NCBI GenBank assembly: GCA_030836725.1
Contig: JAUPLV010000001.1
Span: forward strand, 1 to 55,169
DNA: 55,169 nucleotides
Origin: Pseudomonadota bacterium
GTDB taxonomy: Bacteria; Pseudomonadota; Gammaproteobacteria; Burkholderiales; Thiobacillaceae
Direction of reading: 5' to 3'
Each line of letters starts with the position of its first letter. Position 1 is the stretch's first letter. The position numbers were made by a program, and so were the translations under genes. Of this stretch, positions 47,747 through 55,169 are shown piece by piece. The notes under the pieces were generated by a model. The model was not told where the DNA came from and did not search any database. It saw only the letters and a list, made by a program, of their open reading frames with translations.

Positions 47747-49765
47747 ATGACAAACGGGCTTTCTTCCTACTTCGCGGATCCGGTCCAGTGGGCCTGGACA
47801 GGCGTGATGTTCTGGCTGGTGCTGGGATTCGCCGCCTTGCTGCTGCAACGCTCGCAATACCTGCTGACCCGGCTGCTGTTTCCGCTGGGGGCGCTGGGCG
47901 CGCTCTTCATCGCCGGCGTCGGCGTGGCCGGCCTGCTGCAGCCCGCCTCCACCGTGATCCTGCCCATCGGCCTGCCCGACCTGCCTTTCCATCTACGGCT
48001 GGACGCCCTGTCCGCCTTCTTCATGGTGCTGCTGGGCGGCGCGGCGTTCGGCATCACGACATATGCATCCGGGTACTTCCGCGGCATGGCCGCCGGCCCG
48101 CTGGCACTGCTGGCCCTGTGGTACCACCTGTTTCTCGGCGGTATGGTGACGGTGCTGCTGGCCGACGATGCCTACGCCTTCATGGTGGCCTGGGAAGTGA
48201 TGGCGCTGTCGTCCTACTTCCTCGTCACCACCGACCACAAGATTCCCGAAATCCGCCGTGCCGGCTTTCTCTATCTGCTGATCGCGCACGTCGGCGCGGT
48301 TTCGCTGCTGCTCAGCTTCGGCGTACTGCAGGGTGGCCAGGGCGACTACACCTTCGACACCATGCGGATGGCCGAGATGACGCCGTTCTGGGCCTCGGCA
48401 GCCTACCTGCTGGCGCTGTTCGGGTTCGGCGCCAAGGCGGGGCTGGTGCCCCTGCATGTATGGCTGCCGGAGGCGCATCCTGCCGCACCCTCGCCCGTGT
48501 CCGCGCTGATGTCGGGGGTGATGCTGAAGACCGCCATCTATGGCCTGCTGCGGGTGACCTTCGACCTGCTCAACATCCAGATCGGCTGGTGGGGCACGCT
48601 GGCGCTGGCGCTGGGCCTTGTCACCGCGCTCTACGGCGTGATTTTCGCCGCCGTGCAGTCGGACATGAAGCGGCTCCTCGCCTGGTCGTCGATCGAAAAC
48701 ATCGGCATCCTCATCGCCGCCTTCGGCCTGACGCTGATCTTCTACACCGACGGCAAGGGCGCGCTGGCGGCGCTGACGCTCACCGCGATGCTCTATCACG
48801 CGCTCAACCATGCCTTCTTCAAGGGCCTGCTGTTCGTCGGCACCGGCTCGGTCCTGCACGCCACCGGCGAGCGCAACATGGGACGGCTGGGCGGGCTGAT
48901 GCGCTTCATGCCGTGGACCGCCTGGCTGACCCTGATCGGCGCACTGGCCATCGCCGGCCTGCCGCCGTTGAACGGCTTCGTGTCTGAATGGCTGCTGCTG
49001 CAGGCCTTCCTGCTGTCTCCCGGCCTGACCCAGCCCTATCTCAACATGGTGATCCCGGTGGCCGCGGCCACCGTGGCGCTGGCCGCGGCGCTGGCCGCGT
49101 ACGTCATGGTGAAATTCTTCGGCGTCGTGTTTCTCGGCCAGCCGCGCGACCCCGCGCTGCATCACGCGCACGATGCCGGCTGGCCGGAGCGCCTGGGCAT
49201 GCTCTGGCTGGCAGCGGGCTGCGTGATGCTGGGCCTGTTTCCCGCCCAGGTCATCGGCTGGCTCGCTCCGGTGGTGCGCCTCCTGACCGGCCAGACCCTG
49301 GTGAATGACGGCAACTGGCTGATGCTGGCCCCCGTATCGGCCGAGCGCGCGAGCTACGCGCCGCTGATCTTCTTCGCGGTCGTGCTGGTGGTGCTGCTGC
49401 TGACCTTCGTCTGGGTGCGCCTCGTCTATCACGGCCGGGCGCGCCGCAGCGATCCCTGGGATTGCGGCTACCCGGAACACGATGCGCGCATGCAGGACAG
49501 CGCCGAAGGCTTCGGCCAGCCGATCCGGCAGATTTTCGAAGTATTCATGCGGGTGGAGCGGGAAACCCCCGACCCCTTCTCGCGCACCCCCCACTACCAC
49601 GGCGCTTCGCTGGACAAGATCTGGTTCATTGTCTACGAGCCGATCGCTCGCGTGGCGGGCTGGCTGTCGGAACAGGCCGGACGTCTGCAGCATGGCCGCA
49701 TCCAGTGGTACCTGATCTACAGCTTCGTCACCCTGATCTTTCTTCTGGTCTTTACAACACGATGA
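47747..49765 (+). CDS. hyfB: Hydrogenase-4 component B-like antiporter subunit (NuoL/MrpA family)
   Basis: AWEVMALSSY, KAGLVPLHVWLPEAHPAAPSPVSALMSG..LK, GLPPLNGFVSEW, WDCGY. Confidence 0.9.
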   Translation: MTNGLSSYFADPVQWAWTGVMFWLVLGFAALLLQRSQYLLTRLLFPLGALGALFIAGVGVAGLLQPASTVILPIGLPDLPFHLRLDALSAFFMVLLGGAAFGITTYASGYFRGMAAGPLALLALWYHLFLGGMVTVLLADDAYAFMVAWEVMALSSYFLVTTDHKIPEIRRAGFLYLLIAHVGAVSLLLSFGVLQGGQGDYTFDTMRMAEMTPFWASAAYLLALFGFGAKAGLVPLHVWLPEAHPAAPSPVSALMSGVMLKTAIYGLLRVTFDLLNIQIGWWGTLALALGLVTALYGVIFAAVQSDMKRLLAWSSIENIGILIAAFGLTLIFYTDGKGALAALTLTAMLYHALNHAFFKGLLFVGTGSVLHATGERNMGRLGGLMRFMPWTAWLTLIGALAIAGLPPLNGFVSEWLLLQAFLLSPGLTQPYLNMVIPVAAATVALAAALAAYVMVKFFGVVFLGQPRDPALHHAHDAGWPERLGMLWLAAGCVMLGLFPAQVIGWLAPVVRLLTGQTLVNDGNWLMLAPVSAERASYAPLIFFAVVLVVLLLTFVWVRLVYHGRARRSDPWDCGYPEHDARMQDSAEGFGQPIRQIFEVFMRVERETPDPFSRTPHYHGASLDKIWFIVYEPIARVAGWLSEQAGRLQHGRIQWYLIYSFVTLIFLLVFTTR

Positions 49766-50706
49766 GCACCGGCATCCTTCTGCAACTCGCCCAGACCCTG
49801 CTGGCCATCCTGCTGGCGCCCCTGCTGATGGGCTGGGTCAACCAGTGCCGCGCCTGGCTGCAAGGCCGCGGCGCGCCGCCAATCACCCAGCCCTATCGCA
49901 CGCTGAAGAAGCTGTTCAACAAGGACGCGGTGATCGCGCACAACGCCTCGCCGCTGTTCCGCTTCGCGCCCTACATGATCTTCGCCTGCATGGCGCTGGC
50001 GGCGGGCATCGTGCCGACCATCGCCAACGATCTGCCGTTCTCGCCGGCCGCCGACGTCATCGCCCTGGTCGGCATCTTCGCGCTGGCGCGGGTGTTCATC
50101 GCACTGGCGGCGATGGATATCGGCACCGCCTTCGGCAGCCTGGGCGCGCGTCGGGAAATGCTGGTGTCCTTCCTCGCCGAACCGGCGCTGCTGATGGTGT
50201 TCTTCACCGTGAGCTTCATCGCGCAATCGACCGAGCTGCCGGTCATCGTCGAAACGCTGGCGCATCGCGAGTTCGCCATCTATCCCAGCATCATGTTCGC
50301 CGCAGTGGCGTTCTGGATGATCTCGGTAGCGGAGAACGCGCGCATCCCGGTGGACAACCCCAGCACCCACCTCGAACTGACCATGATTCACGAGGCGATG
50401 ATCCTCGAATATTCGGCCCGCCATCTGGCGCTGATCGAGTGGGCGGTGGCGCTGAAGCTGTTCACCTATTCGGCGCTGGGCATCGCGCTGTTCCTGCCCT
50501 GGGGCATCGCAGCGCAGGGCGATGTCTCCGCACTGCCTCTGGCGCTGCTGGCCATAGCCGGGAAACTGCTGGTCGGCGGCGCCGTGCTGGCCTTCATCGA
50601 GACGATTTCGGCCAAGGTGCGGCTGTTCCGCGCGCCCGAGTTTCTCGGCACCGCCTTTCTCCTGGCGGTGCTGGGCATGTTGATCCATTTCATGCTGGAG
50701 GTGTGA
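49762..50706 (+). CDS. hyfC: HyfC/HycD (NuoH-like) membrane subunit
   Basis: ATG 49762 overlapping the hyfB stop. QGRGAP..QPY, FGSLGARRE, ENARIPVD, ELTMIHEAMILEYS. Confidence 0.9.
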   Translation: MSTGILLQLAQTLLAILLAPLLMGWVNQCRAWLQGRGAPPITQPYRTLKKLFNKDAVIAHNASPLFRFAPYMIFACMALAAGIVPTIANDLPFSPAADVIALVGIFALARVFIALAAMDIGTAFGSLGARREMLVSFLAEPALLMVFFTVSFIAQSTELPVIVETLAHREFAIYPSIMFAAVAFWMISVAENARIPVDNPSTHLELTMIHEAMILEYSARHLALIEWAVALKLFTYSALGIALFLPWGIAAQGDVSALPLALLAIAGKLLVGGAVLAFIETISAKVRLFRAPEFLGTAFLLAVLGMLIHFMLEV

Positions 50707-50707
50707 C

Positions 50708-51370
50708 ATGAGCCTGACCTACCACCTTCAGATCGTCAATCTGCTGGCCGCCCTGCTGCTGCTGATCTCCTTCGCCATGCTGTCGCAGCGACGCATCGCC
50801 GGGCTGATCACCCTTTTTGCCTGGCAGGGCGCGGCGCTGGCTGCGTCCGCGGCACTGGTGGGCTGGTCCACCGGCCAGCATCACCTGTATTACTCGGCGG
50901 CGCTCACCCTGGTTCTCAAGGTGATTGCCATGCCCTGGTTCTTTTACCGGCTCGTGAAAAAGCTGGATATGGATCGGGATGTGGAGCCGATGATCAACAT
51001 CCCCACCACCATGCTGATCGGCATCGTGCTGGTGATCTTTTCCTTCAATCTGGCGCAGCCGATATCGGAGCTGTCCGGCACGGTGATGCGCTCGACCCTG
51101 GGCATCGCCCTGGCCTGCGTGCTGCTCGCCTTCCTCATGATGATCACCCGCAGCAAGGCGATCCCGCAGGTGATCGGCTTTCTGGCGATCGAGAACAGCC
51201 TGTTCTTCGCCGCCACCAGCGCCACCTACGGCATGCCGCTGGTAGTGGAGCTGGGCGTGGCCCTGGATGTGCTGGTGGGCGTGTTCGTGATGGGCATCTT
51301 CTTCTTCCAGATTCGCGAGACCTTCGATTCTCTGGATCTGAAACACATGGAAAAACTGAAAGAGCGCTGA
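50708..51370 (+). CDS. hyfE: HyfE-like membrane subunit
   Basis: Seven predicted TMs, QVIGFLAIENS, GMPLVVELG..LD. Confidence 0.88.
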   Translation: MSLTYHLQIVNLLAALLLLISFAMLSQRRIAGLITLFAWQGAALAASAALVGWSTGQHHLYYSAALTLVLKVIAMPWFFYRLVKKLDMDRDVEPMINIPTTMLIGIVLVIFSFNLAQPISELSGTVMRSTLGIALACVLLAFLMMITRSKAIPQVIGFLAIENSLFFAATSATYGMPLVVELGVALDVLVGVFVMGIFFFQIRETFDSLDLKHMEKLKER

Positions 51371-51371
51371 G

Positions 51372-52823
51372 ATGGAAATTTACTGGCTACTCGGCATTCC
51401 GCTCACGGGCGGCATATTCCTGGCACTGTGGGGCTGCCGGAAACACGCGCCGGAAATCAACGCGCTGTTCAGCTTCCTGACGCTGCTGGCGTCGGCGTTC
51501 CTGACCCACCGTATCGTCGACCAGGGCCCGATGCTGGCGGGGGGCGGCTGGTTTTTCATCGACTCGTTCAACGTGTTCCTGGTCGCGCTGACCGCCCTTG
51601 TCGCCTTCACCACCGCCCTCTTTTCGCGCCCCTACATGCGCATCGAAGAGGAGCATGGCAAGCTCAACGACAAGCGCCTGCGCCTGTATCACAGCAGCTA
51701 CCAGATCTTCATCGCCGCCATGCTGCTGGCCTTGACCACCAACAACATGGGCATCCTGTGGGTGGCGATGGAAGCGGCGACGCTGGCCACCGTGCTGCTG
51801 GTATCGCTCTATCGCACCCCGGCCTCGCTGGAGGCGGCGTGGAAGTATTTCATCCTGTGCGGCGTCGGCATCGCGCTGGCGCTGTTCGGCACCATCCTTC
51901 TCTACTTCGCGGCGGAGAAGATTCTCGGTTCGGGCGGCACCGCGCTGCTATGGACCCACCTGGACGAAGTCAAGACCGAACTTGAACCCACGGTGCTGTC
52001 CCTGGCATTCGTCTTCCTGCTGGTCGGCTACGGAACGAAAGTGGGCCTGGTGCCCTTGCACAGCTGGCTGCCGGATGCCCACGCCGAAGGCCCGACGCCG
52101 GTGTCCGCCGTGCTGTCCGGCCTGCTGCTCAACGTCGCGCTGTATGCGGTGATGCGCTCCAAGGTGCTGGTCGACGGCGCGCTCGGCAACGACATGGCGG
52201 GCAACCTGATGATGGGCTTCGGCCTGCTCTCGGTGGTGGTCGCGGCCTTCCTGATCAAGCGCCAGACCGACGTCAAGCGCATGTTCGCCTACTCCTCGAT
52301 CGAGCACATGGGCCTCATCACCTTCGCCTTCGGCATGGGCGGCGCGGTGGCGAACTTCGCGGCGCTGCTGCACATGACCATGCACTCGCTCACCAAGTCC
52401 GCCATCTTCTTCGCCGTCGGCCACGCCACGCAGAAATCCGGCACGCAGCTGATGGACGGCATCCGCGGGCTGATCAAGACCAACCCCACCATCGGCTGGG
52501 GGTTGATGCTGGGCACCGTCGCCATCCTCGGCGTACCGCCGTTCGGCGTCTTCGCCAGCGAGTTCCTCATCATTACCACCGCCATGCACGATCATCCCTG
52601 GGCCACGCCCTTCCTGCTGCTGGCGCTGGGCGTGGCGTTCGCCTCCATCTTCGGCAAGGTGCAGCCGATGGTGTTTGGCGAGACCGAATCGACGAAGCTG
52701 CCCTACCAGCCCGCCCTGACGCCGGTGTTCCTGCACCTGGGGCTGGTGCTGATGCTGGGTTTGTTCATCCCGCCGTATCTCGCCGACTGGTACAGGCAGG
52801 CAGCGCAACTTTTGGGAGGCTGA
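51372..52823 (+). CDS. hyfF: HyfF-like antiporter subunit (NuoM/N family)
   Basis: WVAMEAATLAT, LEAAWKY, GTKVGLVPLHSWLPDAHAEGP.PVSA.LSG, AYSSIEHMG. Confidence 0.9.
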   Translation: MEIYWLLGIPLTGGIFLALWGCRKHAPEINALFSFLTLLASAFLTHRIVDQGPMLAGGGWFFIDSFNVFLVALTALVAFTTALFSRPYMRIEEEHGKLNDKRLRLYHSSYQIFIAAMLLALTTNNMGILWVAMEAATLATVLLVSLYRTPASLEAAWKYFILCGVGIALALFGTILLYFAAEKILGSGGTALLWTHLDEVKTELEPTVLSLAFVFLLVGYGTKVGLVPLHSWLPDAHAEGPTPVSAVLSGLLLNVALYAVMRSKVLVDGALGNDMAGNLMMGFGLLSVVVAAFLIKRQTDVKRMFAYSSIEHMGLITFAFGMGGAVANFAALLHMTMHSLTKSAIFFAVGHATQKSGTQLMDGIRGLIKTNPTIGWGLMLGTVAILGVPPFGVFASEFLIITTAMHDHPWATPFLLLALGVAFASIFGKVQPMVFGETESTKLPYQPALTPVFLHLGLVLMLGLFIPPYLADWYRQAAQLLGG

Positions 52824-52824
52824 G

Positions 52825-54366
52825 ATGAAGATCGGCGAACACGACTGGAACCTCGAACCGCTTGGCCAGCATATCTGGCGCGGCCGGATGGAAGTTGGCC
52901 AACTGACCCACCTGGCGCGGTCGGTCAAGGATGAAGGCGGACAGCTCATCGCCCTGTGGGGCTCCGATGACCGCCACCTCGGTGAAGGTTTTTCCATTCA
53001 TGTGGCGTTTCTTGCCAGCGCCGGGCTCGTATGGACGAGTTGCGCGCTGGCGGAAATGGCGCCGGCCTACCCCGACCTCGCGCATATTTTTCCGCAAGCC
53101 GACCGCATGCAGCGCGCGACCTTCGATCTGCTCGGCATCGCGATCAGCGATGCGGTAGACGACCGCAAATGGCTGCGCCACGGCGCCTGGCCGGCGAATG
53201 TCTTCCCGCTGCGCAAGGACTTCGACGCAAGCCAGCCCGCCACCCATGAAACCGACGCCTACCCCTTCATTCGCGTCGAAGGCGACGGCGTGCATGAAAT
53301 CGCGGTCGGCCCCATCCACGCCGGCACCATCGAGCCGGGGCATTTCCGCTTTTCCGTCATCGGCGAGCGCGTTCTCAGACTGGAACAGCGCCTGGGCTAC
53401 ACCCACAAAGGCACGGAAAAACGCTTCGAGGGGATGGACCTCGCCACCGGCGCCAAACTCGCCGGCCGCGTATCCGGCGACTCGCACTGCGCCTACGCCT
53501 GGGCCTACTGCATGGCGGTCGAAACCGCCACCGGCGGCGACGTCCCCGAGCGCGCCAAATGGCTGCGGGCGCTGTTCCTGGAAATCGAGCGTATCGCCAA
53601 TCACCTGGGCGACCTCGGCTACCTTGGCAACGACGTCGCCCTGTCCTTCGGCTTCATCCAGTTCTGGCGGGTGAAGGAGGACTGGTTGCGGCTCACCGCC
53701 CGGCTGTTCGGCCACCGCTACCTGTTCGACAGCATCGTGCCGGGCGGCGTGTCGGTGGACATCAGCGAAATCGGCAAGGCCGAACTCGCCAGCGAAGCCG
53801 ACCGCATCGAGGCGGAAGTGCGTTCGCTCAAGGCCATCTACGACGACCACGCGACCCTTCAGGACCGCTTCACCAACACCGGCGTCTGCAAGCCCAACCT
53901 CGCCGCGCGGCTGGGCCTGACAGGCCTGGCCGGACGTGCCAGCGCGCAGGCCTGGGACGCCCGCGCCCAGTTCCCGCAGGCGCCCTACGACCAGCTCGAC
54001 GTCAACATGGCCACCCAGCGCCGCGGCGACGTGCTGGCGCGCGCCGAGGTTCGCTTCGCTGAAATTTACGAATCGCTGCGCCTGATCCGCGACATACTCA
54101 AGGGCTTGCCAGCGGGCGAACTCATCGCCCCGCTCCCCCCAGCATCGAAAGTGTGCGAAGGACTCGGCTGGGTCGAGGGCTGGCGCGGCGAAGTGGTGGT
54201 GTCGGTGCGCATCGGGGCCGACGGCAGGCTCGACCGGGTGCACCCGCACGATCCGTCGTGGCAGAACTGGCCGCTGCTGGAGATCGGCATCCTCGGCAAC
54301 ATCGTTCCCGACTTCCCGCTCATCAACAAATCGTTCAACCTTTCCTACAGCGGACCGGACTTATGA
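52825..54366 (+). CDS. HyfG/HycE-like large subunit lacking NiFe ligands (NuoCD-like, EhrL type)
   Basis: NuoC-like N-terminus (FPLRKDF), GPIHAG.IEPGHFRF, LGYTHKG.EK, EGWRGE, DPSW.NW. L1 motif reads RVSGDSH and L2 reads SFNLSYSGPDL. Confidence 0.9.
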   Translation: MKIGEHDWNLEPLGQHIWRGRMEVGQLTHLARSVKDEGGQLIALWGSDDRHLGEGFSIHVAFLASAGLVWTSCALAEMAPAYPDLAHIFPQADRMQRATFDLLGIAISDAVDDRKWLRHGAWPANVFPLRKDFDASQPATHETDAYPFIRVEGDGVHEIAVGPIHAGTIEPGHFRFSVIGERVLRLEQRLGYTHKGTEKRFEGMDLATGAKLAGRVSGDSHCAYAWAYCMAVETATGGDVPERAKWLRALFLEIERIANHLGDLGYLGNDVALSFGFIQFWRVKEDWLRLTARLFGHRYLFDSIVPGGVSVDISEIGKAELASEADRIEAEVRSLKAIYDDHATLQDRFTNTGVCKPNLAARLGLTGLAGRASAQAWDARAQFPQAPYDQLDVNMATQRRGDVLARAEVRFAEIYESLRLIRDILKGLPAGELIAPLPPASKVCEGLGWVEGWRGEVVVSVRIGADGRLDRVHPHDPSWQNWPLLEIGILGNIVPDFPLINKSFNLSYSGPDL

Positions 54367-54370
54367 AAAC

Positions 54371-54460
54371 GGTGAGGGGCGAGGCGTCAGGCGTGAGAAG
54401 AAAAGCGCGTCCGCTCCGCTCCGCCATGCCTGCCTCACGCCGCATCCCTCACCCCTGACC
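54371..54460. repeat. Imperfect palindrome of 7-nt TGAGGSG/CCTCACS units
   Basis: Left arm GG-TGAGGGG-CGAGGCG-TCAGGCG-TGAG; right arm CCTCACG-CCGCATC-CCTCACC-CCTGACC. Confidence 0.6.
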
Positions 54461-54471
54461 CTCCACACGCC

Positions 54472-55032
54472 ATGGCCACACACCTCATCCTGCAGAAGAT
54501 CTTCAAGACCGGCTTCGTCTCCGAGCCCGCGCCGCGAGCCGACCTAAGCTTGCGCACCCGCGAACAGGAACTCCACGCGGAAATCCTCAATATCTTCGGC
54601 CAGTCGATCGCGATCCGCCATGTCGACGCCGGTTCCTGCAACGGCTGCGAACTGGAAATCCATGCCATCAACGGACCGCATTACAACATCGAGGGCATGG
54701 GCGTGAAGTTCGTCGCCAGCCCCCGCCATGCCGACCTGCTGCTGGTCACCGGTCCGGTCTCGCGCAACCTCGAAGTCGCTCTCAAACGTGCCTACGATTC
54801 CACCCCCGAACCCAAGTGGGTGGTCGCCATGGGCGACTGCGGCTGCACCGGAGGCATGTTCGGCAAGAGCTACGCAACGTGCGGAAAGGTTTCCAACGTC
54901 ATCCCCGTCGACGTCGAAGTCCCGGGCTGCCCGCCCACACCGATTGCCCTTTTGCAGGGCATTCTTGCCGCCGTCGGCAAGAGCAGGGAAGACGGGGAAC
55001 AAAGGGACCGGGCTCACATCAACGGCAAATGA
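54472..55032 (+). CDS. hyfI: HyfI/NuoB-like Fe-S small subunit (EhrS type)
   Basis: GSCNGCELE, SPRHAD.LLVTG, GDCGC, PGCPP: all four [4Fe-4S] cysteines present. Confidence 0.88.
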   Translation: MATHLILQKIFKTGFVSEPAPRADLSLRTREQELHAEILNIFGQSIAIRHVDAGSCNGCELEIHAINGPHYNIEGMGVKFVASPRHADLLLVTGPVSRNLEVALKRAYDSTPEPKWVVAMGDCGCTGGMFGKSYATCGKVSNVIPVDVEVPGCPPTPIALLQGILAAVGKSREDGEQRDRAHINGK

Positions 55033-55093
55033 CAATGTGGCCCTGGTCCGAATGGCACTTACTTAAGCCCTGATTCTGCGACAACCACGGTAC

Positions 55094-55169
55094 GTAGCCC
55101 GGATGGAGCGCAGCGCAATCCGGGAATCGGCGCCGCAGTTGAGCATTTCCCCCGCATTCCGCTGCGCTG
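55094..55169. repeat. GTAG-type REP doublet (REPIN-like), truncated by the window end
   Basis: GTAG-CCCGGATGGAGCGCAGCGCAATCCGGG (55094-55124) followed by an inverted degenerate copy CCCGCATTCCGCTGCGCTG from 55151. Confidence 0.75.

Noticed and set aside
40505-52823. DAB (DabA/DabB) inorganic carbon pump or carboxysome locus
   Set aside because: There is no large DabA-like beta-CA protein, shell protein or RubisCO. The gamma-CA lacks the RbcS-like repeats of CcmM.
47747-55032. Annotation as a functional hydrogenase-4 / formate hydrogenlyase
   Set aside because: All four NiFe-ligating cysteines are absent, and no maturation, ferredoxin or formate dehydrogenase genes are present in the window.
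1-55169. Many long overlapping alternative-frame ORFs (e.g. 40526-42325, 45875-47680, 47993-49693, 27206-28822)
   Set aside because: They are antisense or shifted shadows of well-supported genes, expected in high-GC DNA, and carry no recognisable motifs.
1-55169. CRISPR array, tRNA/rRNA, prophage or IS element
   Set aside because: No regularly spaced direct repeats, structural RNA signatures, integrase, transposase or phage genes were recognised by eye.

Overview
A 55 kb GC-rich betaproteobacterial chromosome segment. Gene content and order suggest a Thiobacillus-like chemolithoautotroph, which is inference only. The left two-thirds is mostly core genome: a type II secretion cluster (gspE-F-G-H-I-J, running off the edge) back-to-back with two GT2 glycosyltransferases and an epimerase; hemerythrin; yqiA-RNase II-TonB; photolyase; yqgE-ruvX-pyrR-pyrB-pyrC'-lnt; dut/coaBC/radC/rpmB/rpmG; a CBS-PAS-GGDEF-EAL gene beside an internally deleted desaturase pseudogene; mscS, an acyl-CoA ligase, an RsmB-like methylase, htpX/nhaR, PIN/thioredoxin, and a ColRS-like pair with an LtaS-family enzyme. 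The right third (38.2-55.0 kb) is the most interesting. It encodes a FeoB homologue with a degenerate GTPase domain, two SulP/SLC26 transporters each next to a small USP-like protein, and a Cam-type gamma carbonic anhydrase. It also encodes an orphan NtrC-family activator whose phospho-acceptor Asp is naturally Glu, facing a complete sigma-54 promoter (palindromic UAS, IHF-like site, -24/-12). That promoter precedes SulP and a hydrogenase-4-like complex lacking all NiFe cysteines (Ehr type). Together these suggest an energised inorganic-carbon/anion uptake or pH-homeostasis module; this function is a hypothesis. No rRNA, tRNA, CRISPR array or transposase was recognised. Three different short palindromic repeat families occur in intergenic DNA.
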